Below, one piece after another: positions 13,550 to 25,500 of a stretch of 64,000 nt of DNA. The translations under genes were made by a program, and so were the position numbers. The DNA is taken from the NCBI GenBank assembly GCA_950097015.1, contig CATNEN010000041.1:2046001-2110000 (forward strand), read 5' to 3'. The first letter of the stretch is position 1. Every line of letters begins with the position of its first letter. The DNA is from Macrostomum hystrix. Lineage: Eukaryota > Animalia > Platyhelminthes. The notes beneath the pieces were generated by a model. That model did no database searches. It was not told the DNA's origin and saw only the letters and a program-made list of their open reading frames with translations.

Positions 13550-16500
13550 TCAGCTCTTCAGCTCGTCCTCGTACTGCTTCCGGAAGCAGTCGCCAACCGG
13601 GAAGAAATCCCAGCAGCGGCGCTGGTAGAGCTCCCACACGTACGTCTCCTGGCCAGTGTACTCGGTGTCCGGCTTGTTGATCAAATGCATCAGGAAGAAC
13701 CTGCGGGACCGGGTCGGAGCACCTGTGAGTCACCTGCTAGACTGGGCTAGTCACCTGCTAGACTGGGCTAGTCACCTGTTAGACTAGGCTAGTCACCTGC
13801 TAGACTGGGCTAGTCACCTGTTAGACTGGGCTAGTCACCTGTTAGACTGGGCTAGTCACCTGTTAGACTAGGCTAGTCACCTGTTAGACTGGGCTAGTCA
13901 CCTGTTAGACTGGGCTAGTAACCTGTTAGACTGGGCTAGTCACCTGTTAGACTGGGCTAGTCACCTGTTAGACTGGGCTAGTCACCTGCTAGACTGGGCT
14001 AGTCACCTGTTAGACTGGGCTAGTCGCCTGCTAGACTGAAAGTGACTAGTCTTCGATCAAAGTTAACCTGTTCCAGCTCAATAGGCGCCACAGGCTACTG
14101 AGGTGAGTAGCAGCAGCAGCGCATGTCTCACATGTAGTTAGCGAAGTTGTGCTCCTTGTCCACGTGCTTGTCGAAGCCATGCGGCACCTTGTCGAAATAT
14201 TCCTTGCCGATGCCGCAGATGAAGCAGTTGGACTCCATGTTCTCCTTCACCTGCTCCAGCTGGTCGCGGAGCTCGCCGAAGGCGTCGATGATGAGACCCT
14301 GGGATTTTTATTGGTGGGAAAAGTTTTTAGTTCGCAGAAAAATCAAGCTCAGAAAATCACAACGTTGAAGAACACTCTTGAGCTCATGAAACTGTGATGA
14401 AATCCCCACCTGGATGATGGCCAGCAGGATGACAATCACGAAGAAGAAGAAGGTGATGTCGAACAGGATGCGGTACACCTCGTACGGGTCGCCGTCGGGC
14501 GATTCGATCTCGTCGCCGATGCCGCCACCGGCGCGCAGGCCGGTATGCATGTGGAACACGAAGCAGGTCAGCATGTCGTGGCACTTTAGATCCTTGGCGC
14601 CGCCGTCGCCCTCCTTGACGTAGAAGCGGCGGAAGAAGTTGAAGGCCAGCACGGTGTACAGGTAGATGATGATGGAGGTGAGCAGCACGGTCAGCACCAG
14701 CTGCTTGCCGTTGTGCGTCACGGACTGCAGGATGGTGCGCAGCGTCTTGAAGCCGATGGCCACGTCCAGCAGGTGGCAGGCGAAGAAGAACTGGTTGAAG
14801 TTGCCGATGAGGGAGGCGATCAGGTAGAACAGCAGGTACAGGAAGGAGTTGTCGGTGAGGATCACGCCCCACTTCCACACCAGGTACTGCACATCCAGGC
14901 CTCCCAGCAACCGGCTGATCAGCCCGGGGCTCGGAGCGGCCTCGTCCGACTTCTTCATGCCCAGCAGCTTGATGATCTGCTCCTCGTCGAACTGGTCCTG
15001 GAACTTGTTCAGCACTTTCTTCTTCACAAACTTGTCCCAGTACATGTCCGGGAAGCTGGGCGTGGGCAGCACGAGCTTGTCCCAGTGGGCGCCGATGTTG
15101 TCCTCGCCTGGCGGGTCGGGGGATCAGGGATTTGCGGATTTAGAAAGAAAGCATTGGATTGATTAACTTCGACTTCGACAAAGGAATTCACAAGCCGACA
15201 CTCACCCGGCTGCTCCGAGATCCACATGCCGTCGAACTCTAGCATGCGGCTGATCTCCTTCTCCCGCTTGAACACTACCAGCGGCACCTTCAGGCAGTTG
15301 TAGGCGATCAGCATGCTCAGCGCCAGGCAGCTGTGCAACGCGGCCAGCATCCGCAGCAGCGGCCTCAAGTAGGACACCGAGTCCGACAGGGTCACCCATT
15401 CCTCGGGCTCCTCGGCCTCGGCAGCTGCGGCCGAAGCCACGGCCTCCGTAGCGTTGGCGACCGCTTCAACAGTGGCGTTGACCACCGCCTCCGTGGCGCT
15501 GGCCACGGCCTCCGCTATCGCGGCAGCGGCACCGCCGGCCTCGCCAGCTTCAGCAGCCGGGGCGGCCACAGCGGCGCCGTCAGTGGCGGAGGTGACGCGG
15601 AAGAACAGCAGGATGAAGTTGATGAAGAAGGCCAGCGCCAGGGCCAGCAGCTTGAAGTTGTAGAAGTTCCTGGCGAACAGGGACAAGATGAAGGTGGAGG
15701 TGTCGATGGTCGGAGTCTCGCACTCCAGCTCCTCCTCCTCGGCCAGGGTCAGCGGCGTGTCGAACTCGAACGAGTCACGGCGCAGGTGGTCGTTGGGTGA
15801 CTGGTCCACTTTGGTCTCGTCCAGGGCGCAGAGCTCACGCGGGTCGAGGCGCTCCAGGGCCAGCTGCTCCTCCTCGGTGAGCAGCCACGGCTGCTTGGCC
15901 TGCAACGCCTCCTGCACCTCCAGCCCCATGTCTTCGGGAGCGAACGCCAGGGCGAGGGCGAAGCGGCCCAGGTAGGCGAAGGTTTGCTTCACGGCGAAGG
16001 AAACGAAGGTCAACAGGGCGAGGATGAGGCGCCAGGCGCCCCGGACCAGGCCGGCCGGCGTGAGGCCGCGCAGCACCGCGAAGAAGCCGAAAATCAGCGA
16101 GCGGGCGTTGCGGGCAGCGAAGCGCTTGGCGTTGGACACGGCGCTGGTGAACCGCTTGACCCGTTCGCCCTCCAGGATGGCCTTGACTGCAGCCACCTGC
16201 CGATGGTTTAATTAAACTACTCTTTTTAGACACCTGTCATCAACCTCAGAGAACACCTGTCATTAGCATCAGTAAGCACCTGTCATTAGCATCAATAAGC
16301 ACCTGTCATTAGCATCAGTAAGCACCTGTCATTAGCATCAGTAAGCGCCTGTCATTAGCATCAGTAAGCACCTGTCATTAGCATCAGTAAGCACCTGTCC
16401 TACTTTGTGCTCCCGCCGCTCACCTGCCGGATGCTGAGCCCTTCGCCCTCTCCGCTGACCCGCTGAGCATGCTGCATCTCGAAGATGGTGTCCTCGCAGA

Positions 16501-19500
16501 AGTTGATGAAGGACTCCAGCTTCTCCTTGTCTCCGCCCTCGTTAATGACGGAGTACAGGAAGGAGCGCTTGGACTCCTTGATCTGCGGCGCCTCCCATTG
16601 GTCGATGTTGCTCTGGGTGACCTCGAAGTAGACCCGCTCGATGCGGCCGCTGGACCCCATGATCTCGATGCGGCCCAGGTAGGGCTCGAAATAGTCCAGC
16701 ATGCACTGCGCCTTGCCGATGAGTCGCTCCAGGCGCGGGTCGTTGGGGATGTGCTCGTGCAGGTTGACCAGCAGCAGCGCCAGGTTGAAGCCGATCTCCT
16801 TGGCGGGATTGTGGAAGCGCTCCGTGAACTCGTTGAAGTCCACCTTGCCGTCCTGGTTGGCGTCCACGCAGTTCATGATGTACTCGATTTCCTCCCTGGG
16901 GTCGGTGGGGATTCGCGTCTTGTTTATTGAAAAGGTGCGGCGGCCCTTACACAAAGACCATCTTTGTGGGGCTGTGGGCCCTCGAGCATCATTTGGATCC
17001 ACAGCCAGTGAGGCTTCTAACCTTCTCATTCTAATGAGCATTCCATGCTCTCATTGTGCCTTGGGACACAGCCTAGGCCAGGGCTTTCTCTCCGCGGCTG
17101 CGCTTGCTTAAAACTAATGCGGCCTCACCGCGGATTCGAGCTCGGGACTTCGGTTCGACAGTCCTAGGGTGTTACAGTTTCATCACTCTCTTGCATTCCC
17201 CTTGGAGGATCCGTGTGCTCGTGTGCTCAGAGGTCAGTTGAATGATGCGTCAGTGCTCATGCCCCTACAACAATTCCTTCTAAGCCCCACACTGCTCAGT
17301 CCCCAGGCTGACGGTACTCACTCTGAGTACATCTTCTGCTGCATCATGGCGTGCCGAAATTCCTTGTGTGAAATCACGCCGTCGCCGTTGATATCGAAAG
17401 CCTGCGGATTTCAGTCGGCAGCGGGCGGTGTGAGCAGGGCGGCTGTTTGAGCTCAGGAATCATTCGGGAGATTATCCCAGACTTACCAAAAAGGCTTCGG
17501 AGGAAGTGACGTCCTTCATCTTGAGAAAGATTTCGAAAAACTTCAGGATCATCTGCAAATGCGATTGTTTGTTGGATAAAATAATTGAAACTGCAATGAG
17601 AATGTCCTATCGCACTACTGAAGACTTGCAAATAAGTAGCACCTCACCTCAACATTGGCGGAGGACTCGATGAGAGTCTCCACCATCTGCTTGCCAATGG
17701 GTCCGCCGACCACATTGCCCTCCAGCATGGACAGCAGCATGACCATCATCTCCTTCTTGAGCTTCATGAACTCGCGCATCAGCTCCAGCTGCTCCGGCTG
17801 CTTGGACAGCTTGTCCTGCATGTGGGCGAAGATGTAGAAGAAGCCCCCGATGGCGTCCCACAGCCGGCTGTGCGCCAGGGCCAGCTGGTTGCCGACGCAC
17901 GGGCCCTGAATGTACTCGGTGAGGCTGCAGAAGATCTGCTTGCCCACCTTGATGCCGGTGACGAAGTTGAGCTTGCCGGCGGTCTCGATGTTGTCCTTGC
18001 CCGAGTAGTGCCAGTAGAAGTCCATCATGGAGTCCTGGGGGCCGGTGGGTTGAGAAGCGAGACGATGGGCATGGAGAGGCAGCAAGCGCTTCCCAAATGA
18101 ATCCCCGAGTTATCCCAATTTCCCGAGTCCCGGGCGCACCTGCAGGCGCAGCAGGTAGTCCACGGTGCAGATGATGAGGTTCACGGTGGTGGTGTTGCCG
18201 GCTTGGGTTCTCAGGTAGTCCTGGAAGGCCAGGTTGTGGCCCTCGCATAGCAGCTGCAGGAAGCGGAAGATTTTGCAGGTGAAGTCGGCGTCCTGGAGCG
18301 TCACGACGGACTCGATGGGCACGCCCAGGTCCTGTGCCTTCTTGTAGCGCTCGAAGGCGTCCAGGTCGAGCACCGTGCACTGCTGCATGAGGCCGGCCAG
18401 GCTCGTGAAGAAGCCGACCTCCTTCTTGTCCTTCAGGTGGCAGAGCATCTTGCGCTGAACATCCACGTTGCCGCCAAGGAGGATGGCGATGCCCAGGTCG
18501 ATGGTGGCGCGGACCACCTCCGTGTCCTCGCCATTAGAGGCCGCGATGTTCAGCAGAACCATTTCGGCTGCACCGCGGTCAGCGAGACGAGCCTGTTCGA
18601 AGTGGATTCAGGGTGACTTCAGTGTGACTTCATGGTGACTTCAGGGTGACTTCAGTGGGATATCGGGGTGACTTCAGGGTGACTTCAGGGTGCTATCAGC
18701 GAGTGGTCAAACGTTTTCGAGGCTCAGGTCGAAGTTCGAAGGTAACCATCAAGGGAAGCAATGCCCATCCTATCAGAAGAAGATGACTCGTCATCTTATT
18801 AGTCTGAAGGCGCACCTGCTCAGACAGCAGCTGCTGCTTCTGCATCTCCTGTTCTTCGAATGAGGCGCCCTCGCCGTTGTCCTCGCCTTCGCCATCTTCA
18901 TCGTCGTCATCCTCGCCGGAGCAGCTCATGCCCATGATGTTGGCGTAGGCGATGTACAGCGGGTCGTCTCCGGCCTGGTCGCTGGCTGAGCGGCAGAGGC
19001 CTGTGATGAGCTGCTTCAGGCCGTCCGTGCCGGAGATGGTCGGCTCCTCCTCGCCTTCGCCAGTTCCGGGCGCGGCCGAATAGCTGGTGATGTCCTCGAT
19101 CAGCTTCACCACGGGCGGTTCCTCGTAGGCGAGCCACTGGCGCTTGTAGGACTTCAGAAACAGGTTGATGACGCGGTGGCGCGGCAGGGCGTGCAGCGGC
19201 ACCATGCGGAAGCAGGCCATGACGGCTCGCTTCCTCTGCGAGGTCACCAGCTTCTTCCAGACTCCCTTGTGCGTCTGCGGCGGGTGGTCCACCATGTACA
19301 GGCCGTGCAGCACCCTGGCCATCTTGAAAACCTTCAGCACGAGGTGGTCGCGGCTGACCCGTTCGACTAAAGCGGCCATGCGGCTCTTGTCGCCCATGTT
19401 CTGGTAGAGAATTTTCTGCCAGCGCTGCTGCGGCGAGCTGGCTTGCTGCAGTTGGAGGAGGGGATGGGCTGGGCTTTGGTAGTGCTAATTAACAGTAATG

Positions 19501-22500
19501 CTGTATGGCGGGTGCCGAGCAATTTGATTGGCTTGCGGGTGTCAAATTTTTACTAGAGGGCGATGAGCGTTTTGATTGGCTGGCAGATTTCAGATTTTCA
19601 TGTGAGGATGAGGAGCGCTCTGATTGGCTGGCAGATTTCAGATTTTCATGTGAGGGTGAGGAGCGCTCTGATTGGCTGAGACCAGCAGCAGAGAACTTAC
19701 GTCGTTGATATTTTCGAACTCTGCTTTCAGGTACTCGTAGACCTCGTCCTCCAGCTCTTTCTGGAACGGCAGAAGGTTGGTTCATCGTTATCGGCAGCTG
19801 AGGTGTGTGGTGAATGGTTAGAGCTGGAGACAAGTTATTTCAAACTATGTGACCCAACTTCAAACATAGTGAGAAACAGTGATATAAGGAATGCCGCCAT
19901 GCAGCTGCATTCATTCTTCCCTTCTGGGTTTGGCCTTCAGGGCAGAGAAATCCCAGTCCCATTGGGAAGGGGGAAGTGTGCTCGCAGGGTCTGTTTAGAG
20001 GTTCTCGAGTCGGTTGAGCAGTTTTGAGTGCGAATGACAGCAGACGTTAAGATATGAGATGGTTAGGTGCTGTTATAATGGAGAACATAAGGGTAAAATG
20101 TTAATCTGAATCATGTTAAAGTGTATTAAACAGCCTAGCTAGACAACATAATTCTGTGGATTAATATTTGAACACTAGAAGCCGAAATGCTTAGCTTAAA
20201 AATAATACAACAAAATTTGCCAGTCGTGTTACTAAATAAATGTTTTTTTGCAGAAAACTAAATGGACTAACAAAGTAATCAACTAATAGCGTTATAAGGT
20301 GAAAAAAACAGGCACCGACTGCTGTTTGAATGTGATTAAAATAAACGTGTTTAATACAAAACTTGCGAAATTGTGAAGCAGATTAATTAGTGAACTGCGC
20401 AGGTAAGTGGCTGAGAGTTGGGCAAGTGTGGGTGTCAATTATCTGATTATTAATTATGAGTCGCCTTTGCGCTGTGAGCAGCTTGTGTACCTGTGCATGG
20501 GTGTCACTCCAAATGGCCTCCTCCTTCAAGGCATAGGACTGCAATCGGATATTGTGTTGCGTTTTGCTTTTGCTTGCTCGAATCTTAACAAAAGTATTTT
20601 GCCACTAAAAGCTTATCTAGGAATCAGAAAAGCACAGAAAATGTATCACAAAAAATGATGAAAAACAAGAAGAAAGGGACGAGAAAAGACGCCACTCACG
20701 GCTGCCAACTTCTTCTTCGTCTTCTGCACCAGCTCCTGTTCTCGGCCGCCAAGTGTGCTCAGGCCTGCAGTTCGGAATGAGGAGTTTATTGTTTCGTCTG
20801 CACATCGGTCAAGAGGGCAGGTATTCTTTTTAATAGCAGATCTCTGATTGGCTCATCCAGGGGGGCTGACACTCCATTCCCTATCAGATCTCTGATTGGC
20901 TCATCCAGGGGGACTGACACTCCATTCCCTATCAGATCTCTGATTGGCTCATCCAGGGGGACTGACACTCCATTCCCTATCAGATCTCTGATTGGCTCAT
21001 CCAGGGGGACTGACACTCCATTCCCTATCAGATCTCTGATTGGCTCATCCAGGGGGGACTGACACTCCATTCCCTATCAGATCTCTGATTGGCTCATCCA
21101 GGGGGACTGACACTCCATTCCCTAACAGATCTCTGATTGGCTCATCCAGAGGCACTGGCACTCCATTCCCTAATAGATCTCTGATTGGCTCATCCATAGG
21201 GACTGAAACTCCATTCCCTAACAGATCTCTGATTGGCTCATCCAGAGGGACTGACACTCCATTCCCTAATAGATCTCTGATTGGCTCATCCAGAGGGACT
21301 GGCACTCCATTCCCTAACAGATCTCTGATTGGCTCATCCAGAGGGACTGGCACTCCATTCCCTAATAAATCTCTGATTGACTGGTCAAAGCAATTGAATG
21401 TAGTAAGCCAGATCTCACCAATAGGCAGCAGTCGTTTCATGCAGGCGACGCCCAGCGAGTTGTTGAGGTTTTCCATTTTGTTCTTTTTGCCCTTCTTACT
21501 GGCCGCCCGGTTCTGCTCCTGCTCGGACTCGGACTTCATCTTGGAGGCGTTTGGCGATTCTGTGTCACTCATGATGAGGGCCAGCGGGTTGATCTCGTTC
21601 TGGGACACAAAGCTGTGCTCCTCGCGCTTCATATACTGCGATTGGGGAGCATGTGGTGGTCAGACATGTCACGGATTTTTCAAGGAAATTCCATGGAAAT
21701 ACCGCCTTTAATTCAGTGCAGTCACAAGTTACAAGAATTATCTAAGTTTATCAATAAAATGGCTGGGCAGGAAAAACGACCAGAAGGTCGCAGAAACTCA
21801 CGTGCGACCGGGCCCACACGAAGAAGGTGTCGGCCACAGCGTGGCACAGCCGCTCTGGAATCAGTGATGGCGACTTCAGCCAGGTGGTCCGGTGAATGTC
21901 GATAAAGCGAATCAGCAGCGGGTAGAAGGCGAACATGTTGCGCACGACCTTCTGCACCTTCGCGGACAGTTCCTCCTCCAGGTCCGTGGGATCCGACACG
22001 TTCCGCTTGTCGATGAAGAACTGCACCTCGGCCTCCTCCATCTTGAGCACCTCGTCGCGAAGTGTCTCGGCCACGGGCAGGAAGTACTGCTGCAGCATAT
22101 CGTCGGTCGCATTCTCCACAATGTTCCTGGTCCGCATGGCGATTCTCGTCATCCACGGAGCGTCCTCCACCTCCATGTTGTTCTTGATGAGGTTCAGCAC
22201 GCTGCCCAGCACATTGTTCATGAGGCTAGAGGTGACCTCGGTGACCTGGCCCTCGCCGCCGCCCCTCTTGTTGTCCGGCCCCCGCTTCCACCAGTAGGGC
22301 AGGTAGCTGCACAGCATTGGCAGCGTGAGCTCGATCACGTGAGGCGCCTCGGAATAGTTGCCGCCTGTCTCTGCCAGCTTGGCGATCTCGCTGACAATGC
22401 TCTGGAGGTTCGGCAGGGTCGTCACAATGTCTGTCATCACTTCGCGGATGTCCAGCGAGAAATTCTCCAAACTGTCCTCGGATATGTTAAACAGGATTGA

Positions 22501-25500
22501 GGTCTTGTTGCTCTTGTTGAATTTCGGCTCCAAGAACGCCACCGGGAAGGTGTTGGCGAAGGCAGCCACGCATTCGCCGACTAGAGGGCGGTGTCTTGAA
22601 TGAGTTTTCATTGGTCGGAATCAGATTCGGTTCTGATTGGTCAAAAGTTAAATTCTGACTAGTTCTACTAGTGGTCCTTAGACTCTGATTGGTCCAGACC
22701 TAGGAAGGATTCTGATTGGTCCAGACTTAGGAAGGATTCTGATTGGTCTATATTTATTATTGCGAGTAGTCCAAACATAGTTGGCCTGGATTTAAGAAAG
22801 AATCTGATTGGTCCAAAGTGAAAAAGAATTCTAATTGTTTTTCCGGACCAAGATTCTGATTGGTCCGGACCTTAGAATGGTTCTGGAACAGGGGGATGGC
22901 ATTGTTAGAAGCGACTGACCTATCGAGCTCGCTGGACAAATAGTCTCTCTTCACATCTGAGAAGTTGAAGCAGCCGATATTGTAGAGGCCGCTGAGAATC
23001 TTATAGCAGAACAGCTGAATGTCTCCCACTGTAATTATCAAATAGAGGTAATGAAAGCTTAGCACTTTTAACCTTGGAAAATGTAACTCGCCATCAATGT
23101 TATTGAGCATTAAGGTTGCAGCTGATAGCGAAGTTATTATTAAAAGGTGGTTAGCAATTAAAGAAAGTCCCATTTAGTGGGACAACACAATAGAAATCAG
23201 ACACAAAAACTATAAAATATCAGCGGTGCTAACTTGTTAATCAAATTCAACGGATTTAAAAAATCAGTAAGACTTTTGCACAATATTTGAATAAAACATA
23301 ATTGTTTAAATAAAACGATTCAGCACAAACTACGCTCGTGGCTTACTTTAAAAGAATGGTTACGCTCGATTCGTTCTTCGTTGAAATTAAATTTTGGTAC
23401 AAAATGGAAAATTAAAAGCCAGAAATCACGCTGCAGTGCTAGATATGTACCTGAGTGCGCGTCACCGGCCCTGCTTCTGGAGCCTGAAGGTGCAGATTTA
23501 GCGATGTCTGCTTTTCCAGGAAAATTCATGCACTTTTAAACAATATACTGGGCATTCAGCTTGGCGTCACTCTTAGAATGCAAGCTAGAATGCGTGATTC
23601 TTGGAATACAATGTGTGATTCTTAGAATAGATTCATAGATGCGTGATTCTTAGAATGCATTCATAGATGCCTGATTCTGAGAATAGTTTCATAGATGCCT
23701 GATTCTGAGAATAGTTTCATAGATGCCTGATTCTGAGAATAGTTTCATAGATGCCTGATTCTGAGAATAGATTCATAGATACCTGATTCTTAGAATAGAT
23801 TCATAGATGCGTGATTCTTAGAATGCATTCATAGATGCCCGATTCTGAGAATAGTTTCATAGATGCCTGATTCTGAGAATAGTTTCATAGATGCCTGATT
23901 CTTGGAATACAATGCGTGATTCTTAGAATAGAATGTGTGATTCTAAGAATAGAATGTGTGATTCTAAGAATAGACTTTTCGATGCGTGATTCCAAACGTG
24001 CAAAAACGTAGCGGTTCGCGCAAAATTTGAAGTCCCAGAATGCTCACCCAGCAGCTGCTCTCCACACTGGTTCTGATGCACGTGCTCAAAGAAGGTCTTG
24101 AGCACAGGCACCAAGGCCATGTAGATGTAGTTGAGGCTCGTGGCGCCCCGCTGCAGGGTGCCCTTGATGTGCGAGAATTTGCCCTTCTTGACGTGGCTGA
24201 CCAGCTGCATGAGGTCGTCAGCGCAGTTGCTGAAGAACGGCAGGATGTAGGCCCTGGCAATCTCCGGGCTGTTCTTGATGATGGCGCGGATGTCCAGGGA
24301 CTGCACCACACCCTCCAGGCAGCGGACGCAGGTGCCGACGTCGTGGCCGAAGGCCTGAATGTTGGAGCGCAGCAGCAGGAAGAGCTTGGAGAATAGGATG
24401 CAGGTGTTCTCCTTCTCCTTGGTGGAGGTCTGCTCAACGAAGTAGCGCTTGTTGCTCTGGAAGTACTTCTCAATTAGCGGCAGCACCACCTTGCCGAAGA
24501 ACTTGATCTCCTGCGAGGCCTGGGTGTAGTTGTTGGTCCTGGTGAACTTCTCGCCGTTCTGCAGGTTGGTGATGGACATGTAGGCTCGCTCCACATAGTG
24601 CAGCAGCTTCGTGAGCAGCAGGTAGGCGAAGCGGTTCTCCACTGACTGCACCGCCGGGTTCTCGCTCTCGGTGCGGTGGAGCGCCTTCTGGTCCGGCGGC
24701 GGCTGCAGGATGATGCCCTGCACCTGCAGGTACTTCAGCAGCTCCTGAGCCATCTGGATGTTGCGCTGCTTCTCGTCTGAGGTCAGCAGGTCGTAGTGGA
24801 TGAGGCCGGGCACCAGGTTGAAGCCGATGGCAGCGTAGCGCTCCTCCTTCTTGCGCAACTCGTTGAAGTGCGCGAACTGGGAGAGACGGTCGCAGGCTAC
24901 CAGAGCGTCGCCGCGCAGCGTGATGTTCCTGAGGTCCAGCGGCGCCGGGTTGTAGCCGTGCGGCGACTCCAGCGGCTTCATGCCGCTCCGCCGCTCCGCG
25001 CTGCCGGCCTGGGACTTGTCCTCGTAAGAGATCTTCCAGTTCAGGGCCACGCTGGCCAGCAGGATCTGCTCAACTGAGTAGCGCAGCTGCTTCTGCTCCT
25101 TCTCCGGCAGCATGTGGTACGGCTTCAGGTTGGGCTGCGTCTTGTTCATGTCATCGTACACCGCATCGTATTTCCAACCCTGGGCAGTACAGCGATGCAG
25201 TTGGATTGGTCAGAGCCAGCAACCAATCAATGAACTCCGCTGTGCTCCACCCAATGCCCACTCTGTCTCTTCTGTCTCCTACCCCTTGTGTCTCCTACCC
25301 CTTCTGTCTCCTACCCCTTGTGTCTCCTACCCCTTCTGTCTCCTACCCCTTGTGTCTCCTACCCCTTCTGTCTCCTACCCCTTGTGTCTCCTACCCCTTC
25401 TGTCTCCCTTACCCCCTTCCGCCCCCTACCCCTCCTAATCGGTAGCGCTGTCAGGCTGCTCACCTGTTCGATCTGCTCCATGGCCCAGCTGTCGTGCCAG

